A stretch of DNA of 64,000 bases from Epiperipatus broadwayi (Eukaryota; Animalia; Onychophora), in the NCBI GenBank assembly GCA_028023455.1, contig JAQFVV010000005.1, forward strand, positions 7,998,001 through 8,062,000, read 5' to 3'. Under the pieces are notes generated by a model. That model did no database searches and was not told the DNA's origin. It worked only from the letters and a program-made list of their open reading frames with translations. Position 1 is the first letter of the stretch. Each line of letters begins with the position of its first letter. Made by a program: the position numbers and the translations under genes. Below, piece by piece: positions 63,170 to 64,000 of the stretch.

Positions 63170-63548
63170 AGCCTTGGATATGAGAGCACTGATCTAATGC
63201 AATCCTCCAGCAGCCACCATTTTACTCTATGTAACTACTAAACTATGAGAATAAAATTGTAAACACGGATATTTTCAATCTAAGCTCAGTAGCTCAAATA
63301 GTCATATGGGTCTGAACTCAGTTCAGCACCCATACCTTTTGGTGTCTTTGGCTCTTTTACAACCATAGCCACCACCTTTGTATAAGGCAGGTTTGGTATT
63401 AAACCTTAAAATATCACATGATCACTATCTTCCATGCTTGCTCATAACTTGTTAAAATAGGCAAAACTCTTTCCATACAGTAGTGCCACTCTAAGCAAGA
63501 CAGAGTAATCAATGGATGCCAGAAGGCTTGTGCCTACTCATCCAATAT

Positions 63549-63588
63549 CCACAAACTAGTTTCTGGCTTATGGCCTTCATCAGTGAGG
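63549..63588 (-). ncRNA. Type I hammerhead ribozyme, family B copy 2
   Basis: Same core as copy 1; the stem I 3' strand TGTGG has one mismatch. Confidence 0.72.
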
Positions 63589-63945
63589 AGCCTTGGATCT
63601 GAGAGCACTGCACCTAGATCTTAGGATGTAATGCAACCCTCCAGCAGTCACCTTTTTACTCTACATAACTACTAAACTATGAGAATAAAATTGAAAACAC
63701 TCAGATCAGTAGCTCAAATAGTCATATGGGTCTGAACTCAGTTCAGCACCCATACATTTTGGTGTCTTTGACTCTTTTACAACCATAGCCACCACCTTCC
63801 TATAAGGCAGGATTGGTATTAAACCTTAAAACATCACTTGATCACTATCTTCCATGCTTGCTCATAACTGTTGTTAAAATAGGCAAAACTCTCCATCCAG
63901 TAGTGCCATTCTAAGCAAGACAGAGTAATAAGTGGATGCAAGGCT

Positions 63946-63985
63946 CCTCACTGATGAAGGCCATAAGCCAGAAACTAGTTTGGGG
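63946..63985 (+). ncRNA. Type I hammerhead ribozyme, family B copy 3 (inverted)
   Basis: CCTCACTGATGAAGGCCATAAGCCAGAAACTAGTTTGGGG on the plus strand. Confidence 0.75.
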
Positions 63986-64000
63986 ATATTGGATGAGTAG

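Larger units (their letters stand above)
62961..64000 (-). mobile_element. Hammerhead-containing tandem repeat (retrozyme/PLE-derived family B), 420-439 bp period, ending in an inversion
   Basis: Units start at 62961, 63400 and 63820. From ~63940 the sequence switches to the reverse complement of the ribozyme-bearing part. No ORF. Confidence 0.82.

Overview
This is very AT-rich eukaryotic DNA, probably from an invertebrate animal, and it is dominated by transposable elements. No rRNA, bona fide tRNA or CRISPR array is visible. Only one host protein-coding gene can be supported: an intronless 1248-aa ORF (43347-47093, minus strand). It carries both halves of a Mab-21/cGAS-like receptor (cGLR) nucleotidyltransferase fold, separated by an insertion of about 860 aa that looks mostly helical. 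A triple IRF-type motif lies about 400 bp upstream. The rest of the window holds: two LTR elements with long LTRs, gag-related ORFs and no pol (74-7234 and 51231-56169); further Ty3/gypsy remnants; three Penelope-like element (PLE) pieces; MITEs; a short tRNA-derived SINE; and minisatellites. The second main result is at least four unrelated families of minimal type I hammerhead ribozymes. Two of these families sit in ORF-less tandem repeats of about 420 bp (25151-25884 and 62961-64000) that look like non-LTR retrozymes able to release ~419-nt circular RNAs. All assignments come from manual motif recognition; no database searches or folding programs were run.
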